A stretch of DNA of 64,000 bases. It comes from Lama glama (lineage: Eukaryota). The notes beneath the pieces are model-generated. The model was not told the origin of the DNA. It ran no database searches and worked only from the letters and a program-made list of their open reading frames with translations. How positions within the stretch are numbered: the first letter of the stretch is position 1; each line of letters starts with the position of its first letter. The stretch covers positions 81,470,001 through 81,534,000 of the forward strand of contig CM052817.1 in the NCBI GenBank assembly GCA_028534125.1. Direction: 5' to 3'. The translations under genes and the position numbers were made by a program. This document shows, one piece after another, positions 1 through 11,010 of the stretch.

Positions 1-129
1 GTTGAAGAGGAAGGAAAGAAGAATGGGAGGGAGAAAAGTGTGAGATGATGGCAGGAGATGGAGAAATATTTAGTAAGGGAACAGATATTTTAGTATTGTG
101 AACGCCGAAACATTCTCTGATTCATTCTT

Positions 130-680
130 TGTATGTTTATTTTCTGTTTTAGTCATGTTTTGTAGACAGTAATTAAATTCACCATCATATATTTCTCAAT
201 TTTTAGGCTCAGTTTTGTTGTAGGTATAACCATTTTACATATCCACTTACTTTTATTGTTAAACTATATCCTTAAAGCAATTTTTTTAGGTGGAGATTTT
301 ATAGTATTCGCCTGAAAATCTCTTTTCTCATATTCTTAAAGGATAGTTTAACTGTTTGTATAACTCTAGGTTAATAGTTTTTCCCCTCTCTGTACTTCGA
401 TGATTTTAGCCCAATGTCTTATGAAACCTATTGTTACTGATAAGAATTTGTCAAGAAAGGACTACTTTTTATTCTGTTGCCTTATTTTAATTCTTTAAAA
501 TTTTCTGCCACTTTTTAAATGTTCCTTCTGTCATTTCTATTATCTTCATCTTGAACTGAGAATTATGTTGGAGGTTCTTTATCCTACCTTTTTTCTGTTT
601 CTTAACACATTTTAGTTTTTTTTTTCTCTCTGGCAAAATTTTAGAGTAGTATGCTCTAATTCATTGATTTTTAATATCAA
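130..680 (-). mobile_element. Ancient L1 (L1M-type) ORF1-region fragment, probably continuing after the MLT1 insertion (~1210-1900)
   Basis: 'ttcttaaaggatagtttaactgtttgtataactctaggttaatagtttttcc...attgttactgataagaa' resembles the antisense L1 ORF1 consensus; T-rich skew. Confidence 0.6.
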
Positions 681-682
681 TA

Positions 683-1210
683 TGTGATGGAAATAATCTA
701 AGGTAACCCTGATGGCTCATGCTGTTGTATAGTCCACTTCCCTTAAATGTGGACTGAATCTATGACTAGCTCTTACCCAACTGAATATGGCAAAAGTGAG
801 GGGGCATCACTCCTTTGATGAGGTTATATTATATAAACTCTGTCTTAGCAGATTAGAGTGCAAGGCTCTCCTGGTGGCCTCGAAGAAGTAAACTGCTATG
901 CTACTGAGTGCCTATGGAGAGAACCACATGGTTAGGAACTATGGGCAACCTCTGGGATTTGAGGGCCTCAGACCTACAACTGCAAGAACATTCTGCCAGC
1001 AAGCACGTGAGCTTAGAAGACAACCCCCCAAATCCAGAGAGGACTTAGCCCAGCCAATACCTTGTTAGCTGTCTTCCTAGTTCTGAGCAGAAGACTTAGC
1101 TAGGTCCTACCCAGACTCCTGACCCACGGAAACAGCGAGATAATAATTGTGTGCCATTTTCAGTGGCTAGATTTATGATAATTGGTTACACAGCAAAAGA
1201 AAATTAATAC
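683..1210 (+). mobile_element. MaLR solo LTR (MLT1F/G-like)
   Basis: Begins TGTG; 'gaatatggcaaaagtgag', 'ggcctcgaagaagtaaactgc', 'gactcctgacccacggaaac..gagataataa'; ends 'ttacacagcaaaagaaaattaatac'. Confidence 0.85.
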
Positions 1211-2829
1211 GAAGTAATGTTTCCTACCTAATGTTTATAATTTTTAGTACTTTTTTAATTCAATGAATATATTCTTTTCTTTGCCTAGATTTCTAATTTA
1301 CTGTTTTAATATAATATCCACCTCTTTTTAAAAATATCCACTTGGTTTTGTTTCTATGTTAGTGCTCATTTTTAAAATGATGTTGTTTCACTTGCCTTAG
1401 TCTAACAACACAGACTTTTTAAATAGTTGTCAAAGACCAAGTCTTAGCGTGGCAGCACCGGAACTTCTGCCCTGGGTGATTTTGGAACTCTCACGGATTT
1501 GGTTACCAAGTCAGCAGGCGGCTTGGCTCCTTCACTGGCAGAAGGGCTCTGTTTTTGATCTCCCAGCTTTCTAGACATTGTACTTGTTCTAAGCAACAGC
1601 CTGACAGCCCAGCAGCAATTGTTAAGAGTCTTTTCACAAGAGGGGACTTGTATCTGATCTCTAGCTCCAGGCAGTACGCGTGTCTTCAGTCCCTGCATCT
1701 GGGTAGCCTCTTCAGTCCACTTAACCTAAGGCTACCTGATACCCGATGCTCCTTCCTTACTTCCCTGACCCCTCACGACACTCCAGCCCTGTTTATTACT
1801 TGACATTTCCATTCCTCTTCCTAATTACAAAGATACTCATCTTGTTTTGATCGTGATTTTTGAAGTCTTTTTCTTTTGAAATGATTCATTTAGCATTGTG
1901 AGACACTTGGCGTGCACTTTGGGAAGGAGGTGAAAGGGGCATTTTTTTCAGCTATTACATGTCAGTGTATACTTTTAAGTGAGCTGGAAATTTATTTCTT
2001 TAAAACTATCTTCTTTTTTCCTCCTTTTCAAAATTCAAAGCACATCCTGTGCATCTGTTTCTATTTATACTTCCGGTGACTTAGGCTACGGCTCCATTCA
2101 TTCTTTTAATTACACAAGCTCGTGTTATTAAAAATAGTACACAATTTGAAATGGCAAAAGCTGAGACCACGCACAAGACAAGGTTTAATAACTTCCAATT
2201 TGTGCCATGTGGCTTTTATTAATGCATACTATAATAATTAGGATTTGAACAAAAGCAGGAAAAAAATCTCCTATTGACTCCAAGTCACCTCCTCACTTAC
2301 TCTAAAGCTAGACAGAGGTAAGGGATTGTTTAGGGTCACCCTTGTTCTAGTTTGCTACCCCTTTTGGGAAATTTTGAGCTTTGAAAGCCATCTTCTATTT
2401 AATAAACTACCAAAATTATATAGCAAAAGTCAAGCATACAATTAATTAAAATATAGGTTTCCTAACTTGTCTTTCTACCTTCAGCTTTTCCTGGATGATC
2501 AGAGCAATTATTTTATGTAAGGCTTCCTCTGGTTATGCCAGTGAGGGCAAAAAGTTAATTTAATTAGAAGGCCTCTGAATTTTTATAATTCCTAGCTTTT
2601 CAAATTTCTCTGTTAGTTTTGGAGAAGAGGCATGCAGTGCACTCCCCTTGCTCCCCTGGCATCTCTTCACAAGACGTTAAGTGCACTGATGGCTTTGTTG
2701 CCTATATCCAAAGAAGCCAGATAAAACTGAGAATGGTGGGAGCTGTACAAGAAGATGGGTTAGAGAAATGAATGCCAACTAGCTCTTATCTCTTCCATTC
2801 TTTCTAGTAGTGAGCAGATTACTATTTAC

Positions 2830-2926
2830 CAATTCACTGATTCTAAAGCAATTCTTTTTTTTTTCTCCATGCTTCTGATATCAGGATATCTTATATCAGT
2901 GGCATCTTACAATTACTATTGACCAG
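2830..2926 (+). mobile_element. Tc2-group DNA transposon (MER104/Kanga-like), left part; resumes at ~4722-4820 after the L1 insertion
   Basis: 'ttcactgattctaaagca...tctgatatcaggatatcttatatcagtggcatcttacaat' matches the recalled MER104/Kanga terminus; 'ggtagtttggctgcacttggcattgattacatac' continues it. Confidence 0.6.
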
Positions 2927-4257
2927 AAATGGATAAATTCCTAGAAATATACAACCTACCAAGACTGATTCATGAAGACATAGAAAATCTGAACAAACAA
3001 GTGATAAGTGAGAAGATTGCATCAGTAATCAGAACTCGTCCAGCGAAGAAAAGCCGGGGCTAGAGGTTTCCCTGGTGAGTTCCACCAAACATTTAAAGAC
3101 AAATTAATACCAACCCTTCTCAAACTCTTCCAGAAGACTGAAGAGGAGGAAACACTCTCAAAATCATTTTATAAGGCCATCATTATCCTGATACTGAAAT
3201 CAGATAAGGACACTACAAGAAGGAAAACTGTAGGCCAACATCCCAGATGAATACAGATGTCAAAATTCTCAACAAAATGTTAGCAACCTGAATTGACAGA
3301 ACATTGAAAGGATCATACATCACAATCAAGCGAGATTTATCCCTGGGATGCAAGTTTGGTTCAACCTATGTAAATCAACAAATGTGATATATACCACATT
3401 ATTAGAATAAAAGATAAAAACCATATGATGCAGAAAAATAGATGCAGGAAAAGCGCCTGACAAAATACAACTATTTTATGACAAAAACTCTCAACAAACT
3501 GGGTATAAAAGAAAAATACCTCAACATAGTAAAAGCTGTATGTGACAAGCCCACAGCTACCATCACACTCAGAAGTGAAAAATTAGACTTCTCCTGAGAG
3601 TTAAGGGATTAGACAAGGGTGCCCACTCTCACTACCCCCATTCGGTGTAGTTCTGGAAGTCCCAGCCAGCGCAATTATTAGGCAAGAAAAAGAAAGAAAA
3701 ACATCCAAATCAGAAAGGAAGATGTAAAATTGTCTTTTTTTGTAGATGATATAATCTTATACATAGAAAATTCTAAAAACTTCACTGCAAAACTGTTGGA
3801 ACTAATAAATAAATTCAGTAAAGTTGCAGGATGCAAAATCAACAAGCAGAAACCAGTTGTGTTTCTATGTACTAACAATGAGCTATCTGAAAAAGAAAGA
3901 AAACAATTCCATTTCATAGCATAAAAACAGTAAAATACATAGAAATTCAACCAAAGATTTATGCATAGGAAGCTATAAGATTTTGATGAAAGAACTCAAA
4001 GAAGACACAAATAAATGGAAAAATATCCCATGTTCATGGATAAGAAGGATTAATGTTGTTAAAATGTCCATACTATACAAAGTCATCTATAGATTCAATG
4101 CAATGCCTATCAAAATTCCCAGTCATTTTTCACAGAAACAGAAAAAAAATCCCAAAATTTGTATGGGACCACAAAAGACCCTAAATAGCCAAAGCAATCC
4201 TGAGAAAGAAGAATAAAGCTGGAAGCATCACACTTCCTGATTTCAAACTGCATTACA
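2925..4257 (+). mobile_element. L1 ORF2 fragment including the reverse transcriptase region, frameshifted
   Basis: ORFs 3730-3924 (FVDDIILYIENSK..LLELINKFSKVAGCKIN, the FADD RT motif) and 3983-4216 ([41 protein letters not shown]) are L1 ORF2p. Confidence 0.97.
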
Positions 4258-4367
4258 CTTAGCATAATGCCCTCAGGTTTCATCTGTGTTGTCAGAAATG
4301 GCAAGATCTCCTTCTCTCTCACTGCTGAATAATATTCCATTGTATATGTATATATCACATGTTTATC
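4256..4367 (-). mobile_element. Inverted L1 ORF2 C-terminal segment
   Basis: Minus ORF from 4358 reads YTYTMEYYSAVREKEILPFLTTQMKPEGIMLS, the ORF2p C-terminus. Confidence 0.92.
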
Positions 4368-4722
4368 ACTTGTATGTGAAATCTAAGAAAGCTGAAATCA
4401 TACAGAGTGGAATGATGGTTGCCAGGGGCTTTGGGGTGGGAGAAATGGGGAGACGCTAGTCAAAGGTACAAACTTCCAGTTATAAGGTGAATAAGTTCTA
4501 GAAATCGAATGTACAGCATAGCAATTATTATTGACAATACTGTTTATACACACACACACATACACACACAAGTAATTATGTGAAGTGATGGAGGTATTAA
4601 GTAAAGCTACTGTGGTTTTAAAGTTTACAATAGATAAGTGTATTTGTAGAAATCAACACATTGTATATCCTAAACTTACACAATGTCATATGTCATTTAT
4701 ATCTCAGTATGGCTGGAAAAAA
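4366..4722 (+). mobile_element. L1 3' UTR (L1MA9/10-like) with internal (CA)n and short A tail
   Basis: 'tggttgccaggggc..gggagaaatggggag..gtcaaaggtacaaacttccagttataag..aataagttct', ends 'atatctcagtatggctggaaaaaa'. Confidence 0.9.
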
Positions 4723-5639
4723 CTATTAAGCAAGAGGTAGTTTGGCTGCACTTGGCATTGATTACATACATATAAATGTCTGCTAGTTGCTTTTTCCACA
4801 GTCTTACACTTTGATTAGTCACCTTTTCCTTCGGTAGGAAAAAAAAAAATTTTCCAAATCCCATTCCAAACACTAGATCAGAGCTGCAAAAGTCTTCCTT
4901 TCCTTCCAGATGAAAGGTCATACACTGTTACAGTGCCCACATTATTAACTTCGTTTCATGCTGTTGCAACTTCTCTGTTGTCACCTGGTTGCTTGTGGCT
5001 TTTGAGATTATTTCCTTCTCTCCAGGTATGAAAGATAAAGTTCTCTCTGCTGTTCCTCACACGAAAGCACTACTGAAACAAGGCTTATACATAAAACAAG
5101 TTTTAATGAAGTTTTTGAGGTAAAGGAAATCAATTAAGATAGAAAATAACATATTACAGATTCTTTAAATGTATTTTTTTTTCTTCAGAATTTATCTTGG
5201 ACTCAGCCCCCAGTTATGTTGCTGGGATTTTTTGTCTTATCTTCTAGGCCAGGGCATTGCTCCTTTTTCTAGGTACCAGCAGACAACTCCAAATTTTCTA
5301 TTATTATTAGTCATCTAAATAGCACCTATATGGCTGTATCAAATGGTCCTTGTCTTTCTTAACTTATAAGCAAGACCAAGATTTTGCCTCTTAAGAGAAT
5401 TACCTCTTTCGGAGATAAATTTTTGCTGCTCTTTTTAGAAAGCACATACAGCTGTGATGAGTCTTGTTAATACTAAGTTGTTTCTCTTTACCTGTTATTT
5501 TCATATTTGTAACTGCCTCTAGACTCCACCTCTTTGAAGCCCTATAGTTATCCTAAATTGACAATGTTAAAGACTGAAATTCAAGATGTTAAAAACAACT
5601 CATCGTAAAGACCTTTAAAAGCTTTTCCTCCCTTTTTGT

Positions 5640-6925
5640 CTCATATTTCAGTGATCAGCACCCACCTAGTTGTTCAGATTTATAATCTGGGCATCATCTT
5701 GCATTCTTCCCTCTCAGTCAGTCCTGAAATTCAATAATTGTATTTTGTCTTTTCCACTTGGTAGAAACTTCTGGAATCTGAGAAAGTTTTCCCACCTCCC
5801 CTGTCTTAGTGTAGGTTAGTATCAACTATACATGGCAACTCCATGTGTCCATTTCTCTCCAGTTGAGGGTAGTAGGCACAAGCTAGGGTTGCCTCATGGT
5901 TTCCACCACTGGGTGTTCACACCTTGCTTGGTTCCCTCCCTTTGAGTTTGGTAGGATCTGTGATTTGTTTCACAAAATATGGGGAATAATATGAATAACA
6001 AGAATATGGAAAATGTGGTGGGACGTCACTACTGTGATGATGTTCCATTAGGCAAGAATGTCTTTCAGACTCACAACTCACTCTCTCACTTCATTACTGG
6101 CTTTGAAGAAGCAAGCTGCCATGTATCCTACAGCCACATGGAAATGGATTCTGCCAACAACTTTGGAAAGCTTAGGAAAGGATCTTTCCCCAACCAAGCC
6201 TCTCATGAAAACCCAGTCTTGGGAGATATCCTGGTTGAAGCCTTGTGAGACCCTAAGCAGGGGCACATTTAAGCCATATCTGGATTTCTGAGCCACAGAA
6301 CTGTGAGATAATAATGTGTCCTGTTTAAAACTGCTAAGTTTGTTAAAATTTGTTATATAGCAATAGAGAACCAATACATATTTCTTACATAAAATATGTG
6401 ATCAGGTTACTCCTAAGCAGAAAAAAATCTATTAATGACTTATCATTTTCCTCAGGACTAAGCCAAAACTCTTAACAAGACCCTTCACTCCTGGACCCTG
6501 ACGCAGATTTCTATGAATGCTGAGTGTCGGCTAGCTTTTCACGTGGGGCGTCCTCTTTCTCCTCTCTGGATGTCTGCAAATATTCCTCTTAACACTTAGA
6601 CTCTACTCCTCTGACTGCTTCTCTTTCACTAACACACTCCCTTCTTTTGTTAACTAATTCCTCCTCTTCAATTCTGGTTTAGATTTGACTATTTCTGGAA
6701 GATTCCTCTGACCCAGGAAGTTGGGGGCACCCTCTCCCTGTTTTTTCTATTATCATGCCTTCCATATATCATTGTAATTGCTGGTTTGATTGTCTGTTCT
6801 TCTCACTAGAGTCAATGAACCATGACAGAAAAGATCTTATCTGTCTAGATCATACATAGCGTATCTTCTGCATCTGGCCCAGAGTTAGGGCTCGCTAGTT
6901 ATCTGTTTCACCAGTGAATGAATGA
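5640..6925 (+). mobile_element. L2 3' fragment split by the MLT1 at ~5870-6378
   Basis: 'ctgggcatcatcttgcattcttccctctc', 'gatcaggttactcct', 'tgtctgttcttctcactagag', terminal 'gtgaatgaatga'. Confidence 0.7.
5870..6378 (+). mobile_element. MaLR solo LTR (MLT1F/G-like)
   Basis: 'ggctttgaagaagcaagctgccatgt', 'ttctgccaacaac', 'ccacagaactgtgagataataa', ends 'tgttatatagcaatagagaaccaataca'. Confidence 0.9.
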
Positions 6926-9900
6926 CTTACTACAAAATAGAGACTGAAGTGGACAAATATCACATGTAGACCCAAAAATTAGAACCACAGGCCACTGTCC
7001 TAAGGGAGGGTCACAAAGGCTTCTATTTATGCAGTCCTAATGTAGCACCTAAGGCTCAGGCCAGTTTCCCATCCTCCTGTCTTTCCTTGCAGCCTCAGCT
7101 ACCTCTTGTCCTTCCCTCTAAAGCGCCTAACATCCACTCTGATCTTTAGTGTTCTCCCCACAAAGAAAGTTTCCACTTCACTCCCAAAGGAATGTCCATT
7201 CATCTTTTTCTTTAAAAAAGGCAATTATCAATAGTAATAAAACCTGGGAAGTTATAAAGCTTAAATCACCAGTTTACATAATTTGTACAGTTATAATCCA
7301 CCATCAAAATTTACTAATTCCTTTTTGAAATAATAACTAGAAATTCGAGAAGTTTCCCTTTTAGTCTTCTCTGGACTTCTAACTTTTGGGTCTATTCTAG
7401 AGAAAAGACTCAATGAAATATCCATCCTATTTGCTGACCTCAAAGATGAAGTTATACTAATTTTTTTCCCCTTGTCTTTACAATAAGAAATCAAGATAGA
7501 TCAATAAGTGACTTTTTAATCTTAATCCAATAATTTGGATCTCTGAAGGTCTTTGTTTTATCAGAACTGCTACTTACCCAGAACAATCCTTTTGAATAGT
7601 TTGTCTTGACCATTTCCTGGAATTACTGTGAAAATTTATTGGAAATGGCCTATCTGATCAGAATGTACTTAGAATTCTTTGAATAAGCTTAGAATTCTTT
7701 AATTATATTTCAATGATATTGTAATGATGAAATTATATTAAAGAATACAGACATTAACTAGCATGATTAGGGACAGATAGAAATACTAAGTCAAGCTAAT
7801 AATTTTCCCCTCAGTGGTTAGAAATTAAAGGGCTATTGAATTAATTAAGTGATTAATTCATATTAGAAAACATACTCTTCTAGAAAATGTGAAGGGAAAA
7901 ATCACATTCTTTGTTATTTGAGCTGAATGAACTATTCTCCACTGGTAACTAACTGTGGTGGTTACAATCAGTCAGGGCTGGGAAGGACATGTTAAACCAG
8001 AAATAAATAGAAACCTCATTACAAATAATTCCCTTCCCTACATGCTATCTTTGTAAGATTTGAAAAAAGATTATCTTAATCTTCTAAAATGTCAAGAGTT
8101 TCAGACTCCAAAATAAAAATTACATATCTTGTTTTGATGGCTGTCATTATTTACTGATGACATCTTTGAATATTATTTTTCTTTTTGACACTTAAAAACA
8201 TGATAGTCTAGCCAGTAAGATGTGTTTTCTTCTTTCCTGCTTCAGTAGTTAAATATAGAGATGTATATCTTACCTTGCTTTTAATATGAAGGGTCTTCTG
8301 TGCCATGATTTATATATATAAATATAAAAATATAAATATGCCTTGACCAGACTATGAGAATTATATTTTTAAATAACAAAGGGTTAAGTGTGAGAGCCTC
8401 TAATTTTCTGCTTTGAAAAGAAATCATGTGAGTCAGGCTTCTTAAATCACATGCTAAATTTAATATATCATGTCTTAGTAATGGATATTAAATAGCTTAT
8501 TGACTTATTCTCCACATTACCATTTTCTCCTCAGAAGATTCAAATACCCTCAGTTGAGATTTGCAGGACATATGCTTAGGATTGATTGTTACTATTATAA
8601 TCTGCATGTGTGTTCATTACCTAGCATCAAAGAAAAGAAAAACCCTACTAGCGTGAAATTCATTTTTTAAATTGTTGTGATTTATTTTTAAAGCAAGATT
8701 TCAAATAATGTTTTATTTTTATATATTCATTGAGCACATATTTTATACCAGACACGCTGCTACATATTGCAGATCCCAAGTTGTATCAGGCACAATTCAA
8801 GCATTGATAGAATTTATAATCAAGAGAATTAGTAAAATGACTCTGAGGAAAGGCGGTGTCTACGTCTTGAGTAGTTTAAACTATGTGTACAGAAGAGAAG
8901 GAATGCATCTCACTATGACAATTCAGAAGGTGCACTGGATCAACGATAATCTGAACTTTCATGGCACCTTAAGAGAAGGGGTGGGACTTCAGCGGTAACT
9001 CTGGGAGTACAGTGACAATTCTAGGCAAAGAGAAAGGCTAAGACTAAGACATAGAGGTGAAAAATGCTATGGAATGTGGGATTTCATTAACTAGCTGACA
9101 CACAAGTTCTCTGCTCTGCAGCAGCATTTAGATGAATAATTTAAATATAATGGACAAAGACTTACCCCAATGCAAAAACAGAAAAGCCCATGTTGATGGC
9201 CTGATGGCCCGTACTTCCTGAGGCTTATTCAAAAGAAAGCCATGCTTTCTACAAGGTAAAAAAAATTCTTATTTTTGTTTAAAATGTATACTTAGGCACC
9301 ATTATAGAAATAGCAAAAAAATTGCAATAATCTATAGACTGATTGGGCATTTAGAAGTCAATAATTTGGAACCCAAAACTCAATTCTGAATTCACATCCC
9401 AAATCTTTGACAGAATCAGACTAACACCAAGGTCTAATACCCCCAGCTTGGTTGTTGTAGGCAAACCAAAATGTTCGCCAACTGGACAGCTGTTTTGAAA
9501 TCTGTTACTCTGGAGACCCCAAGGGGCTTTCTGACCCCTAATGTTGCTGAGTTAAAATGAATACCCTAACTGATATCTGTGCTGCCGAGTCCCTTGTAAA
9601 GCCGGGTAATAAATATCAGGATGAGGCAGGAGGTTAGCAAAGATCATTGGCTATACTTACAGGACTGGAAAATACCCAGTTACCAAGCAGAAGGATGGCA
9701 CTGTAACCTACACCATTTCCTTCTTCCTTCCTCCACATTGCGGCTTCCTTGCTGTCTCATGGGAAAAGAACAATATTGGAACATCATGTAAACTGCTTTG
9801 TTAAAACTAAAGGGATATGCAAATGCAGAATGAGCCATTGAATGTTAATGTTCGTGGTCTGTCTGTGTGTTTTAAAACCATTTGATGTAGAACAGCCATC

Positions 9901-10122
9901 TTATAGTAAATTCTGTATAATCAGGAAGTATTCATAATAATATAAAGTTCCTATTTGGTTTATATTAAGTTATGAAGATAGATGTAGTATTTGTACGTAC
10001 ATACCTACCCAAACTGAGATTTTTAAATTTTAGAAAAAATCATTTGTTTAGAATTCCATTTTTAACTAGTATTTTACATCTACTATGCTTTTTAAGCAAA
10101 GTCTACTGCAGATTATTGTATG

Positions 10123-10181
10123 CTACGTAGTATTAATTTGTCGTGCTCTAGTTGTCATGCTCTACGTAGTATTAATTTGTC
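10123..10181. repeat. 20-bp direct repeat (CTACGTAGTATTAATTTGTC x2) with a nested 13-bp repeat
   Basis: Copies at 10123-10142 and 10162-10181; TTGTCGTGCTCTA / TTGTCATGCTCTA repeated across the spacer. Confidence 0.9.
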
Positions 10182-10909
10182 AAAAATGAGGCTTACATTT
10201 CTCTAAGCAGTAATTTTACAACCTATACCTGACAGTGTCTTCTACTTTTCCCCATCCCAACTTCTCTAGGAAATACTTGGCTTTAGGATTCATGTGTTTT
10301 TCAGATAAGGAAATAAACAACTCAATCTGGCATGACAAAAAATTAATAAACTACTTTCAAATCATCTAGTGAATAACTCCCTTCAACTGAGTGGAAATTA
10401 AATTAATTGACTTCAGGTCCATGAGTCCATGTTTATATTTAAACCTAATTAGGATCAGTAATATTTTACAGTGAGCTAGGAATATGCATATTTGCCAAAT
10501 GGCACATTCATCCTCAACAAGCTCTTTTCATGTGAAAGCAATAAGATTCAGAAAGTGTTCAATCTAATTAGGAAACAGAATCTTCTGGAAACATTACAAT
10601 ATAATGTATGTTATGATCCGTAATTTTGCCTGACATTTTTTTATTGTAAAGATTCAGATTTCAACTTACATTAAGTAAATAGATTAAAGTCTGCCTTTAC
10701 TGCCATCTCCCTTTTAGTAAATGCAACTAATACAAAATTAGTTGCTATCTTTTCCCTTTTGCTCATTGTTACTATTCGGAGAAGATATTATTTATGAGAT
10801 TATATTGACTGAGAATCTGCATTTCTTAGAATATCCACTATGGTAAGCTGATACATTTAGTAGACATAATTTTAGTTATGAAAAATCAACTTATATGTTA
10901 TTAGCTAAC

Positions 10910-11010
10910 ATTGTAATGTCCCCTGGGACAAGATTCAAAGCTTTTTTGTCTTTGTGACTCCAGCCCATGCTAAGCACAAGGCCTGCCACATGGTAGACAC
11001 CTAATTTGAA
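10910..11010 (+). mobile_element. L2 3' end fragment
   Basis: 'ctaagcacaaggcctgccacatggtagacacctaatttgaat'. Confidence 0.6.

Noticed and set aside
2925..4257. Active or domesticated reverse transcriptase
   Set aside because: 5'-truncated, broken into short ORFs by stops and frameshifts, with no endonuclease domain.
683..6378. Two co-oriented similar MLT1 LTRs as the ends of one MaLR provirus
   Set aside because: The interval contains L1, Tc2-like and L2 sequence rather than MaLR internal sequence, and each LTR interrupts a different host element.
10742..10848. + strand coding exon (..GEDIIYEIILTENLHFLEYPL|GTAAGC)
   Set aside because: Good donor but no convincing acceptor, no partner exons and no recognisable homology.
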